NCBI GenBank assembly: GCA_973895155.1
Contig: OZ316896.1
Span: 23,269,722 to 23,333,721, forward strand
Direction of reading: 5' to 3'
Source: Marsupella aquatica
Lineage: Eukaryota; Plantae; Marchantiophyta
Length of the DNA: 64,000 nucleotides
Part shown: in pieces, positions 42,152 through 54,051 of the stretch
Position numbering within the stretch: the stretch's first letter is position 1
Layout of the letters: each line of letters opens with the position of its first letter
Position numbers and translations under genes: made by a program
The notes under the pieces: model-generated
The model's input: only the letters and a program-made list of their open reading frames with translations
The model's database searches: none
What the model was told of the DNA's origin: nothing

Positions 42152-42756
42152 GCTTTTCAATTCTTGTCTCTGTTCAATGCTGTCCTTATGGAATGCGCTC
42201 TCAGTCTTTGAATGGTTGCATTCAATCCTCTGTTTTGTTCGTGCCTTTCCTCCTCTCTCGATCGTTTTATGCCCCCTTCCTCTATAATTTTCATTATCTG
42301 CTATCCTTATCAGAATTTGTTTCGTTTCTTCTCAAATTTAAAGGTCGTTTCCAGAGGGGTTTCTTCACCTTCAATCCTTATTGTTTCTCGCCTCAATCCT
42401 TAATACTTTCGATTCTCTTTGTCAGCGCCTTACCAATGTTCATTGCTAGTGCTTTCTCTCACACCGACTCTTTCTCGATTCTTGCTTAATCGTTTTCTCT
42501 CGCTCTCTCTCGTGCCTCCTTAAGTGATCTTCAATGTCCTTATGAGATCGGTCCGTCATGGTTCGGCATAGGTAGTCCATGGCTTCCGCAATGACATTTG
42601 GAGGAATCACAAACATCCTTGTTAAACCTAAAATTAGAAATGTGATCGAGAAGTTCTCATCCATAGCTTCTTGGGAGGGGCAGTTATGTCAAATCTATAA
42701 ACACTCAATGAAAATCTGGCCTTTCTCTCAAAGAAAAGATTGCTCGTGGAGAGCTA

Positions 42757-42769
42757 CGTGCTGATAACG
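42757..42769 (-). other. Element B PBS (Bianca-type)
   Basis: Minus strand CGTTATCAGCACG abutting the LTR; from recall, matches the Bianca half-tRNA-Met type PBS. Confidence 0.75.
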
Positions 42770-42912
42770 TGTTGTGGGAGAAATGAGACAAAGAGTTGGT
42801 TCCATCTTTACTCTTGGTAGAGTATGTACATGTGGCTACGGCCTAAGTAGTTAGGGTAGTTACATAGGTAGTTATCCCAAAGGTAGACTTAACTCAAGTA
42901 TGAGTTACAACA
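42770..42912 (-). repeat. Element B 5' LTR (143 bp)
   Basis: Repeat of 23831-23973. Confidence 0.92.
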
Positions 42913-43079
42913 AACTACACATTCCAACCTTTTTCCAATCTTAATATATGACCAATTCATGGTCTTGATGTACAATGTTGGTTAGGGTGGTTATAACCAT
43001 TCACCTCTCTTAACCTATTCATATCCTGTCTATTCATATCTCTAAGCCTTACATCTAGGATGACATATGTATTACAACA
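42913..43079 (-). repeat. Element A 3' LTR, inner piece (includes the duplicated AACTA)
   Basis: Matches 48272-48438; adjacent to the reverse complement of the PPT (CTCCCCCTTGA). Confidence 0.9.
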
Positions 43080-43430
43080 CTCCCCCTTGATTGCTAAAAA
43101 ATTGGCATTTTGTGCAATCAAATGAGTAATAGATGGGAATCCTAGTGGAATGTCTTAGTTTCTACGATACCATCAAGTGTAACCTCATTAAAAACCCTCT
43201 GCTTTCTTCTAGGGATAAAAAGAGTGTTACCACTTTCAATGACGGATCAAGAAAATTGTAAAGTGAGGAATAGGTTAGGATAAGTGTATTTAATGGGGTA
43301 TATGAGTGAAGGAGATTAAAGGGAATGTAATGTAACTATATGTTGTGAGTTGGTGTGTATCAAGTGGCGAAACGCATAGTTAGTTTGGGAAGGAGGGAAC
43401 AGCGGAATAGCTAAAGAGTAAGGAGTATCA

Positions 43431-46400
43431 TTATGGTGGGTGTGACAGGGTAGAGAGACGACGCATTCCTATGCCATCACAGTGTTTGTTATGCAAGATT
43501 CTAGGTAAAGGTTTTGTAAATAGGTCTGCTCTATTCTCCTGAGAAAAAATCCAGACAATATTGATGTGATCGCCTTGTTGTTCTGTTGTATAGAAAAATT
43601 TTGGCGCTATATGTTTTATACGGTCGCCCTTGATAAACCCCTTGGTGATTTGGTTAATGCAGGGACGATTGTCTTCAAAGATCGTAGTCGGGGTGGTCAA
43701 TTTAGGGCGTCCGGTGGAGGTATGAATGTGGTTAAGCAGCTGGCGAAGCAGCTGGCGAAGCCAAATGCATTCCTTGCAGGCTTCATAGAGTGCGATTACT
43801 TCCGCGTGGTTGGACGATGTAGTGGTGAGAGACTGTTTCATGCTCTTCCACGATATGGCCGTCCCACCTTGAAGGAACATGTATCCCGTCTGGGATTTTG
43901 AGTCGTCCGGATCAGAAAGATACCCTGCATCAGCATAACCAATCAGTTCATTAGGACTTGTGGATGAGTAGTATGAGCCCATGTCAATTGTGCCTTGCAG
44001 GTACCTGAGTACTCGTTTGATGCCATTCCAATGGTGAATAGTTGGTTAAGAACTGTGTCTTGCTAACATGTTCACTGCGAATGCTATATCCGGTCTTGTC
44101 TGATTTGCAAGGTACATTAATGCACCGATAGCAAAAAGATAAGGTTTGTCTGGTCCGAGTAATAGTTCTGATTCTTTGCGTTTATGAAAAATGTCCAAGT
44201 TAGTTGGATCAAGAGATCGAAGATCCATCGGTGTAGTAACCGGGTATGATTTGTCCATGTTGAATTGCTTTAATACTTTGTTGGTGTATGTAGATTGGTG
44301 AAGAAAGATTCCTCCAGGTAAAATCTCGATCTGTATCCCTAAACAGTAATTAGGTGTACCAATGTCTTTCATTTTGAATTTGGTCTTTAAGGTCTTGATC
44401 GTTGTGGCAATTAGTTCTGAAGTACCGAATATGCTTATGTCGTCCACATAGATGGCAATAATTATAAATTCATTGCCAGTGTGCTTGATAAACAGACATG
44501 GAGCTAATTCATTATTTACAAACCCGAGAGCTAGCATTTCTGCCTTGAATCGTTGATACCAAATCCTCCCGCTCTGTTTAAGGCCATAGATCGAGCGGAG
44601 GACCTGTACAGCAACATTATTCTGAGATTTCCTTTTGCTGACAGTCTTGTGCACCGGTTCATAGACCTTTGGGTGACAAGTTGGTATAGCATTAAGTTCT
44701 CTCTGTTGATCAACAACAGAGTGGGTTGTAGTACAAATACTTCTATCTTTAATTGTGTTTGCTGGGACTAATGCCTCTGTACTGAGTAAATTCAGTTGCA
44801 TGTCTGTGGGTACAATTTGGCTAATGCCCGACTTGAGGTCTGAAGGTATTGGAGAGAATTTCTCCCCCTGAATATGGAAGTTGACGCGATTGATAAGTTC
44901 CGGCGGGGCCTGCATGTATAATTCCGTGTCTAGAATGCCATAAAGATACGCAATAACGACGTCCATCAAATGTAGCTTCAGTTGATAAACCAGTGAGAAA
45001 GCAATCAGGTATCTGTATGTTATGGCGTCCATGACAGGAGCATACGTCAAATCATAGTCTTTTCCCCATATCTGTGTGTAGCCTTTGGCCACCAATCGTG
45101 CCTTGTATCTAACGATTTTGCCCTTGGCATTTCTCTTTCTTACCAGTATGATCCTGTATCCTGTCAAGTGCATATCAGGTGGTGATGGATAGAGTTTTCC
45201 AAATACCTATCTAGATATAAGCGAATCGAGTTCAGAGTTTATGGCTTGTTCCCATAAGGGCCAATCTTCTCATTGTTGAGCCTCGCGTACTGTCTGTGGG
45301 TCTGGTGAGTCGGGGGATATTATCTGTGAGATAAGAAATGCAAAACTGTCGTTTATTGCAATATCCTGACGTCGCCAGACATTTCCTGTGTGAGCATAAT
45401 TCAGTGATATTTCTTCATTGTCAGCTTGTTGTTCTTGTATTGGTATAATAGTAAGTAAAGTAGAAGTTGGGCGTTTATTCCTTGGTGCCCGATCCTTAGC
45501 TCCAGGTGGTCGTCCTCTTTTAGCTTTTGGTGCTACTGATGAAGCTGGCTGTTCAGTGATGGAAATACGAGCCGGGGTGTTAGCTGCTTCAACATGAGAT
45601 TTAGTCATTTGTGCAGCGTCATTAAATGCATCTGGTAACCTTTCCATCATTTGGTGCAGGTGTAAGATACATTTGACTTCATCATTGACTAGTGTTGTCC
45701 TTGGGTCGTGCCAGAACGGGTTCTTTGTTTGCCATTGTAATTCAGTAGGCGGGGGTATTGTCTCTGTATTTGTGGTGCTTAGGGGAGGAAATATATCCTC
45801 ACAAAATTGGCAATCATCGTATCTTGCTCTGAATATGTCTGCTGTCATGGGTTCCAGATATCTTATAATGGAAGGTGAGTCGAAACCTACATAAATTCCT
45901 GTCTGTCTCTGCGGTCCCATTTTCGTCCTCTTAGGTCCAAGTATAGGTACCATTACGAGGCATCCAAATGTCTTTAAATGTGATACATCAGGAATGGTGC
46001 CATAAGCAAGGTGGTACGGTGTATATGAGTTAAAATTTGATGGTCAAAATCTCAGTAATGCTGCACCATGAAGTACAACGTGTCCCCATGCTGTAAGTGG
46101 GAGTTTGGTTTGCATTAACATTGGTCTTGAGATCAATTGTATGCTCTTTATGAATGCTTCTGCTGCTCCATTTTGAAAATGGACGTAAGCCACCGAGTAG
46201 TGTACAATGATTCCAAGTGTATTGCAAATATCATCAAATGCTGGAGATGTGAATTTGCCAACATTATCGATGCGGATTTTCCGGATGGGAGAATTAGGGA
46301 ATTGTGTTCTTAACCTGAGGATCTGCATAAGGAGACGTGCAAGGACCAGGTTTCGAGTTGATAGAAGTGATACCTGAGACCATTTTGTTGAGGAGCAGAT

Positions 46401-48069
46401 CATCACCAGAAAGAATCTGAAGGGTCCGCTTGGAGGGTCAATGGGGCCACAAATATCGACGTTTAATTGTTCAAGGAAGGCTGGTATCCTTTGCACTGTC
46501 TTGGAAAAGGATGGTTTAATCCGCAGTTTGCCTTGGGCACAGGCAAGACATGTTTCCTTCATTGATGTAGGGTTGACTGAGGGGGGGATTCCTCGTGTAT
46601 GCTTCAGGATTCTTTGATACATTGACGTGCTAGGGTGGCCCAATCTACGGTGCCATAGTTCCATGAGAGTATTTGTATTAGTGTCTACTTGGTATGTTTG
46701 TATGGGAGCTGCATATAGTCCTGGTGGATGATACGGCAATGATTCGAGTATAGTTGTGCCGCGTTCGTCTTCTTGCAGTATTGCAGTGAGTTATCATCCG
46801 AGCCAGGGGTGGAGCAAATTTGATAACCGTTTTGTCGAATATCACTAAAACTTAGTAAATTTCTGGTTGCTTGGGGAGCATAAATTGCCAAAGGTATATC
46901 GATTGTAGTTCTATTTGGAAGGATTATTCTTGCGGGTCCATGTCCTTCTTCGATGTTGTTTATTCCCGTAATTGTGGTAACAGGACGATGTGATGGGAGT
47001 ATACTTTGGAAATATTTCTTGTCCTTCAAGATGGTGTGAGATGTGCCGCTATCGAGGATGCACATATTTTCATCGGAGAGGGATGTGGTGTGCATTGCGG
47101 TTATCAGTAAATGTATTTCTGGTGGTGGGGTGGGGCTCTTATACTTGTGAGGTCTTCCTCGATCTCGAGGTAGTTTGCTGCCATTGCTGTGTTCGCTGTG
47201 GAGAGGCTGGCCTGGTATAATTTGACCAGGTGGTTTTGTGCCCGACAATCTCTCTTGATGTGTCCAGGACCGCCACAGCAAAAACATTTGATACTTGATT
47301 TCCTGAAGTCTCTTTGCCAGGAATTCTTCCTTTGTGGAAATGCAGGTTTTGTGGCATTGGTGGGGCGTCCTTTGTAAAATCGATTTCTTTTAAAACGTTG
47401 GTACTGACCGCCTTGTATTGTCTTGAATTTTCCCTTTCCTGTGGATGATGTGGGGTCGTGTTTGTTTGTATAAGTATAGAGTGTTTCTGGTTTTGGAATT
47501 GTTCCTGGCGGCCTCCTCTTTGAATTTTCTATAAGTAGCAGGTCATTCTTTTCAGCCAGGAGCATAACTGCTATAAGTTATGAGTATTCAGTAAAATTCA
47601 TCTGGCGATATTGCTGAGCGAGTGTCATGTTGGCTGCAAGGAACGTCGACAACGTCTTCTCTATCTGATCTTGTTCAGAAATTGGTTGTCCACATACCTT
47701 TAATTGTGCGGTAATGCGGAAGAGAGCGCTATTGTAGCTGGCTATTGTTGGGTGATCGAGTACGCGGAGGTGGATCCATTCGTTTCTTGCGGCAGGAAGT
47801 GAAATTAGGCGGAGATGGTCGTATCTCCGTTTTAGAGCGTCCCATAGTGCTCGAGGGTTGTACTTGTTGAGGTACTGAGCCTGGACGTCTTGATCTAGAT
47901 GGTGTTGAAGTATAAAGATAGCTTGAGCTTTCGTTTGTAGGTCTCCATGGTAGTCTGCGATGATAGTGTCTCCGATCCCTTTTGCGTTTAGGACTATTTC
48001 AGCATTTTGTGACTAGGATAAGTAATTGGATCCGTCGAGCTTAAAGACGGGAAATTGTAATTTCTCCAT
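43431..48069 (-). pseudogene. Copia (Bianca-like) gag-pol, degenerate
   Basis: gag MEKLQF..LDGSNYLS*; knuckle CFCCGGPGHIKRDC...HLVKLYQAS; PR ILDSGTSHT; GAG-pre-INT WHRRLGHP; INT VDICGP, QNGAAE; RT YGLKQSGR, YVDD; RH GYADA, HIAPKFF, ADLFTK; several in-frame stops and frameshifts. Confidence 0.92.
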
Positions 48070-48231
48070 AATCGGATCTTTGCTTATTCTAAAAAACAGT
48101 AAAGATTGGAGACCTCGTTTATCTTTATGTTCCCTGTTATCTATTGAGTACCTCTGGCTAGAGTTTCGATGAATTTTGATTCTCTTTGGTTTCTATTATA
48201 GCTCGAGAAAAAAAAGGTGTGTGAGCAAAAA

Positions 48232-48244
48232 GGTGCTGATAACG
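48232..48244 (-). other. Element A PBS (Bianca-type)
   Basis: Minus strand CGTTATCAGCACC abutting the 5' LTR. Confidence 0.75.
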
Positions 48245-48438
48245 TGTTAACATTTGAATGTTATTAACTTCAACTACACATTCCAACCTTCTTCCAATCT
48301 TAATATATGACCAATTCATGGTCTTGATGTACAATGTTGGTTAGGGTGGTTATAACCATTCACCTCTCTTAACCTATTCATATCCTGTCTATTCATATCT
48401 CTAAGCCTTACATCTAGGATGACATATGTATTACAACA
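48245..48438 (-). repeat. Element A 5' LTR (194 bp, uninterrupted)
   Basis: TGTTAAC...TACAACA equals the two 3' LTR pieces rejoined. Confidence 0.93.
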
Positions 48439-48443
48439 AATAC

Positions 48444-48594
48444 TTTTTTTTCACAAACAATTCAAACTGGAGAAAAAAAATGGTTCTTGAAGCGACTGAG
48501 GAGTCTGCATCTGCTGATTGTAGAGCCATGGTGTCTTTGTTCAAGGATATGGCTAATGCTATGCAAGTCTTGGCGCATCGACATACCAGTTAAA
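48444..48594 (+). pseudogene. Probable 3' remainder of the Myb/SANT pseudogene
   Basis: Resumes after TSD AATAC; reads ...MVLEATEESASADCRAMVSLFKDMANAMQVLAHR, a helical C-terminal-like segment. Confidence 0.5.
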
Positions 48595-48848
48595 CAACGC
48601 AGAGCCATCATCTTTTTCCTTTTCGCTCATAAGTCTTAGCAGGCTCCACATTCTTCTATAGATGATTTGTTCCAATTTTACGGCATCGCAGAGTAGCTTA
48701 ACAGGTCTTGGTGCTTCGATAGATAAAGAGCTCCAGCTGAACAGCGCAGCACAGGGACATCATTTTTTTCCTTTCGCTCATAAGTCTCAACAGGCTCCAC
48801 ATTCATTTATAGATAATTTGTTTAGATTTGATGGCTTTGCAGAGTAAC
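48587..48848 (+). repeat. Imperfect direct repeat, two units of about 110 bp
   Basis: CATCAT...TTTCGCTCATAAGTCT...CAGGCTCCACATTC...ATAGAT...GCAGAGTA occurs near 48587-48697 and 48734-48848. Confidence 0.7.
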
Positions 48849-49318
48849 GATCCGAGTAACGACACTGACCAAGTGACTCTATAAATTTGCATGCTCTGAT
48901 AATAATTGTCTTGAATATGAGAACTACTTGATTGTACAAATTACATCTCGGTGTTGTGTCACTATAGTCTATTGCTGTCTATCTATCCCTTCTCGGACGT
49001 TCATGAAGGAAACAATTCGGTGAGATCTGTCTCCATGCAGATCCATCATTGGACCTCTGTACACACTCCTGTTTCTTGATGCACCTCTGACTAATCCGCT
49101 ACTGTTGTGCACCCTTCTGAATTGCTGGTTGACACTCTTCGTTTTTTACATTGCTAGTGTACGTCTTCAATGATCCATTTCATCGCAAAATTGACCGCCG
49201 TGTGCGAGGAATGACACAGTATGGTTGTCCTTTCCTTGCTCTCATCGGATATAGATGGATGCATTCCTTCACTTTGATACCCCGTCCTTTTAGCCTGATC
49301 TTAGTGGACCCTATGGAG

Positions 49319-52300
49319 TGTGATGCCTAGACAGGAATCACTCGGCCAGTTAAGTGGGTAAACCAGGAAGGCACCCTAGGAACACCTTAGTATAGGGACA
49401 AAACAAGGAAAATATAAACCATTAGGGGCAACCATGGAACCCGGGCCGAGGCCGGAGGTAAGGACGCTGAGGGTGAAAACCCGATTAGGGTTAGGGCGCG
49501 TTAAGCGTCGGCGGCTAGGAAGGATCAACGGGAAGAAGGACCGGCAGAGGAGAGGGGTAAGGAGCGCTTGCAGGAGATGGTGGCTCATATTGCAAGCACG
49601 AACTAGGCAGACGACTACGGGAGGCCAACTACTGTCAGCTGCTTAGGCAAGCACTCGGGGAGAGAGTAGATATCGATGATCGACCTAAGGAGGGTATGAG
49701 CAACGTCAATCAAGCGGCACATTTCTGGGGATGCCTGTTCGAACGGGCAACTGAGTACATCAAGACTTACGAGGACGAGGAATCAGAAAGGGCAGCTCAA
49801 GAACGGCAGGAGCTCGCTCGATTGTGGGAGCTGCAGAAGACGGCTTTCTTAGGAGGCGAACTCATCAAGGACGAGTTCCTGTGGACGCCTACTTCCAATC
49901 AACTCGACGATCTTCTGTTTTGCAAAGACAGCGTCGTCGGCATCCGAGAGGCCATCAAGAACTGCAACGACATACACTGGGAATTAAAGGGAAGCACGGA
50001 AAGGTGGACCCAGGCAACGGTGCTAGGAGAAACCTCCACGGCAGCAGGGATGAAGAGGAAGGGAGCCGTCAACGATGAAGCCACCCCGGCAAAAAGAACG
50101 AGGTCGGCGGCACCAAAGAAGCCAGCCGAGCAGCAGAGCAGGAGGCAGGGAGAAGCCGAAGAGGAGGAGGTCGATCCCATCAAGGCCATTCCAACCAGGG
50201 ATGACACCTGGAAGGGCTGGGCGGCAACCCTACCGGTGGAGGTGCAACTACATTTTGCACGGGAGGAGGATGCATGCTTCACGGCCATGCAGACCAAGAA
50301 GTACCAAGGCTTCATGGCCGGATCCGGCTTAGAGGCCTTTGTAAGATTACCATGGCTGAAGCCGGAGGTACCGGAGTCAGACCTATTAGAATTTGTGGGG
50401 TCATGGGAACCCGAGACCAATTGCACGAGGATATATGGGAATGATTTCTATCTTACTCCCAAGGTAATTGCCGAAGTGTTTGGCTTGCCGATAGGCAATA
50501 AGACCAAAGTTGATACCAGGAAGACCTTGCCTGACAAGGAGTTCCGGTCGTTCCCTGGGCCATCAACGAAGAATGGCTTCTTCCGGAACACCTGCACCAA
50601 CCCGCACATAGGAGAGATGATCGACTTCTTGCGGGTGACCATGCATTGTAACTTGCCGAGAGCAGAGATCGGCAAGGCACAGGTCTATCTGGCAGAAAGG
50701 CCAGACCCAAGCCGGGACTACAACGGGTACCTCCTCAACCAATTGAAGAAGATCTTAAAGGAGGAGCAGCAGGTAATCGGCATGGGGAGCGTGTCGCGGC
50801 TTGGCTATCACATGCCGCTGTTGTGCCGGTATGCCAGAGGTCAGACTTTTGCCCCAGTACTTCCCCTGCAGGTAAGGGCACCCGAGGAAGCTCCAACGCC
50901 GAGGCCGTTGGCTGAGAAGCCTCAACCACCTGTTAGCCCTACGATCGAGCAGGTGTTTAGACCCAGGAAGGAGGACTTGCCGATGCAGCAACCAGGTATG
51001 CAGAGTCTGCTGAAACTATTGGAGAAAGAAAAGAAATCGGCATCGGCAACAACAACGGCAACGGCAACAATGCAGGACACTACTACAGAGGTAGGCCTAC
51101 ACCGGCTCACAAGAGAAAACCCCTTTGCTAGAGACAAGGAGAGAATCAGGCCGGAATCCAAGCCAGGTGTTCGAATGTACGTGGGAACCTCAAGCTCCGA
51201 ATCTGAGGCAGAATTGCCTGAAGCTCCTACCGATGAAGAGGAGAGGGAGAAGCCGGACGTCCAAGAGGTAGAGGAGGCAGTGGAGGACTGCAGCCATGAT
51301 AATTCCGGCTATGGGTCGGACCATCGCGTTCCAGGAGTAAGGACCTGTGGCCGGTTTGTCCCCACACTTCCAAGGGTAGTGCGAGGGGACCCCAACCAGC
51401 AAAGTAGCCCTGAGTCTCCCCCACCAGATGTTGCTCCCCCGAGCTTCGACGGCATAAAACAGACGGTGCAGGAATTTCAGGAGCGAATCAGGCAGGAAGA
51501 GGAGGCAGCCCTGGCTAGGGAAAAGGATTTACCAGGAGGAGATTGGCCGGTGGACATCAGGCGGCTAGCCGAAAAAGGAAGCAAACCTCTAGCCACGATT
51601 GAAGAAATCCGCAGGACGGCTTGGGAGCAGAGGCCGCAATGGGCGATGCCGATCACTTCTACTTACTCCACCTACGCTAAGAATAGAGCCATGGAGTATG
51701 GTGAGATGTGTGGGGAACTTGCGCTCGGCATCTTTGGAGAGGAGTTGGAGGTAGGACCCTTTTTCCATAGGGAGCAGTTGGAGAAGCACCAATTAGAAGA
51801 AGCGGTGGCTTTAGAGAGAAGCAAGAAGGATGAGGTCATTCGGCGGCTTAGGAGGATGGAAGCCGAGATTGAAGATCTAAGGGCGGCCAAGAAAGCCCAA
51901 GATGAACTGCGGATTAAACGACATGAGCTGAACATCATGCAGGGGCAGTTGGATACCGCGCAGGCTGATAATCAGAATATCAAGGATAAACTGACTCAGA
52001 CGCAGGGAGAGTTGGCCGACACAATCAAAGAGAGGGAGAAGTGGAAGCAAGAGCTGAAGAATACAGAGGAGGCCCACATAACAGCCAACAGCCGGGCCAT
52101 GGCGGAGACCCAAAGAAAGGAATGGGCGTTGAAGGGGGAGCTCGAGAAAATCCGCGGAGCCCTTGAGCAGAAGGAGGCCGAGTTAGGGAAATCCTATCAA
52201 GGGATTATGGCGTTGCAGCAGGAGCTTGCGTCCCTGACGGCCAGCTTCAAGGCCGACCTAAGGGAGAAGGACGACATGCTCGAACAGACTTACGCCAAGA

Positions 52301-53982
52301 TGAACCAGATGGAGTCTGTCATCATTGCAGAGCTCGACAAGGAGCTAAGAGCAACCCGGGAGGAGAGGACTACCTTGAAACAAGAACGGGAGGAAGCCCA
52401 GAAGGAACTAGAGGAGGCATGCAAGGACCTGGATGAGACCCAGGAGGAGTTGGAGGAAATCACGAGGAAGATGGAGAACCTCTAGCGGCGGGCCGACAAC
52501 CAAACGGAGCGGCTGAAGAAACAAGCCGCAGTATTTAAGTGCTTGTCTTCATCAGGCCCAACTCCAATTGGGGCAACCAAGTTACCAGGAGTGGTACTGG
52601 CCGAAGAAAAAGCCGCGCCAACTGCACCAGTGCCGGAAGTAAGTGGGAAGGGGAAGGGACCAGCGGCCGAACCAGAAAAGAAGAAAAAGCGGAAACCTTC
52701 AGGGTCAAGGAGTAATCCGACTCCACAAGCCGTGGTGACCAAAGAGGTAGAACCAGCACCATCCTCCGGCATGAATCCAGCAAAAGATCCCGCTATCATC
52801 ACAGGTGGGGGTGGTGCGGCCCAAGCCGAACTACTCAGTAATGAGGCCGGTATTCCAGATCCGCCTCTTGAGCAGGCCGGGGAGACCGTAGCCGAGGCTG
52901 AGGCCGTAACCGATTCCCGAGCCGATGCCGACGCCGATGGTGGACCCAGTCAGGCCGATGGAGAGTTGACTCAGTCAAGGGCAGGTAATCTGTCAGGGAA
53001 TGAGCCTACGGCAGTGGCTGAGGAGGAAGCGTTGGGGGCGTCCATTAAGGATCCACCACCGGTGTCGTGACGGTGCAAAGGCGCCGTTCCTTTTAGGGAG
53101 GGCGGACGTGGAGGGAGGAGGCGTGAGTGGGCAGGGCGGGCGCGGATCTCCAAGTTTAGGATTAGGATCAGGACCAGGAGCGGCCCTGACACTTAGCTTA
53201 GTGGGATTGTGGTCCCACTGGTAGGAGCAACACTTGTGCTCCTGCCTTGCTGTACATAGGTAGATTCGGGCAAGTAGATTACTGTTAAGTAGATTAGGCT
53301 TACGATGCAAAGAATGGTGGATCCACTACCAGGATAAGTACCTGGGCAGCGGGGAGCTAAGGGCCTCTTCTTTAGCAAGTTTTTAGTTTGCACCAGCCGG
53401 GCTGGGATCAAGTAGTACGAGAAGCTCTCGGTTAGTCGTACAGTGACCCTTGTGTATATTCATGTTTCCTCATGCCTAAGAGCTGAATAGAGTTGGCCTC
53501 ACGGCTTAGTTCGCAGAGCTTGTGTATGAGATGTACTGTTTGTATGGCAAGTGCATGGTATGACTCAGTCAGAATGAGTCATTTTGCTATTTGTGTGTCG
53601 CATTAACTTGTGTGAAGAGTGCCCACATCAACCAAAAGGAAGGAAAGTAAGCAGGGGAGTGAGAGTTGGATGTGTCGAGCTGAGAGAGGTCTTAGCGGCT
53701 TAACCAAGCCTATTGGGGATCATTCCGGCGGCGGAATCCAAACATACCTAACAAGACGGAGGGGAAGACAGGGGAAGGCCTAGATTAGGCCGGCTACGTA
53801 TCTCATGACCCGATGAAGGATCTGTCCAGTATATGTGTGTAAAATGTTAATAGTAGTAGTAGAAGGTTAGCAGCGTCCCATGCCGCTAAGCCGCGGAAAC
53901 GGCCTCGCCAAGCGCGAAACCCGCGGGAATCGACATGAGCTGGGGGGTTTCTTGGGTTTAGGGAGCCATGGGATGCACCACA
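49319..53982 (+). repeat. 5' LTR of copy 3 (4664 bp)
   Basis: TG...CA termini; PBS follows at 53987-54004. Confidence 0.93.
49434..53070 (+). pseudogene. LTR-encoded protein, disrupted copy (5' LTR, copy 3)
   Basis: +1 insertion near 49588 (CTCATATTGC versus CTCATTTGC) and a premature TAG at 52483-52485; diverged but in-frame C-terminal block. Confidence 0.8.
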
Positions 53983-54051
53983 TTTTTGGCGCTAGATGGA
54001 GGGGGCATTTCTTAAGCCGTGAGATATGAAGTTAGAACGGAAGCGTAGGTA

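Larger units (their letters stand above)
23831..42912 (-). mobile_element. Element B: non-autonomous Bianca-type LTR element (about 3.5 kb without the nested Gypsy), inserted in A's 3' LTR
   Basis: TSD AACTA at 23826-23830 and 42913-42917; 143-bp LTRs; PBS CGTTATCAGCACG; PPT AAAGGGGGAG; no RT, INT or RH motifs seen internally. Confidence 0.88.
23799..48438 (-). mobile_element. Ty1/Copia element A, Bianca-like (about 5.55 kb without nested inserts)
   Basis: TSD AATAC at 23794-23798 and 48439-48443; 194-bp LTRs; PBS CGTTATCAGCAC; PPT TCAAGGGGGAG; gag-PR-INT-RT-RH order on the minus strand. Confidence 0.92.

Noticed and set aside
43735-43761. 12-bp tandem duplication (LRQLLRQL) in the Copia RNase H
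   Set aside because: Ordinary slippage in an element that is already degenerate.
48900-49318. Possible Harbinger nuclease remnant partnering the Myb/SANT gene
   Set aside because: No convincing DDE motifs could be read by eye; a translated profile search is needed.
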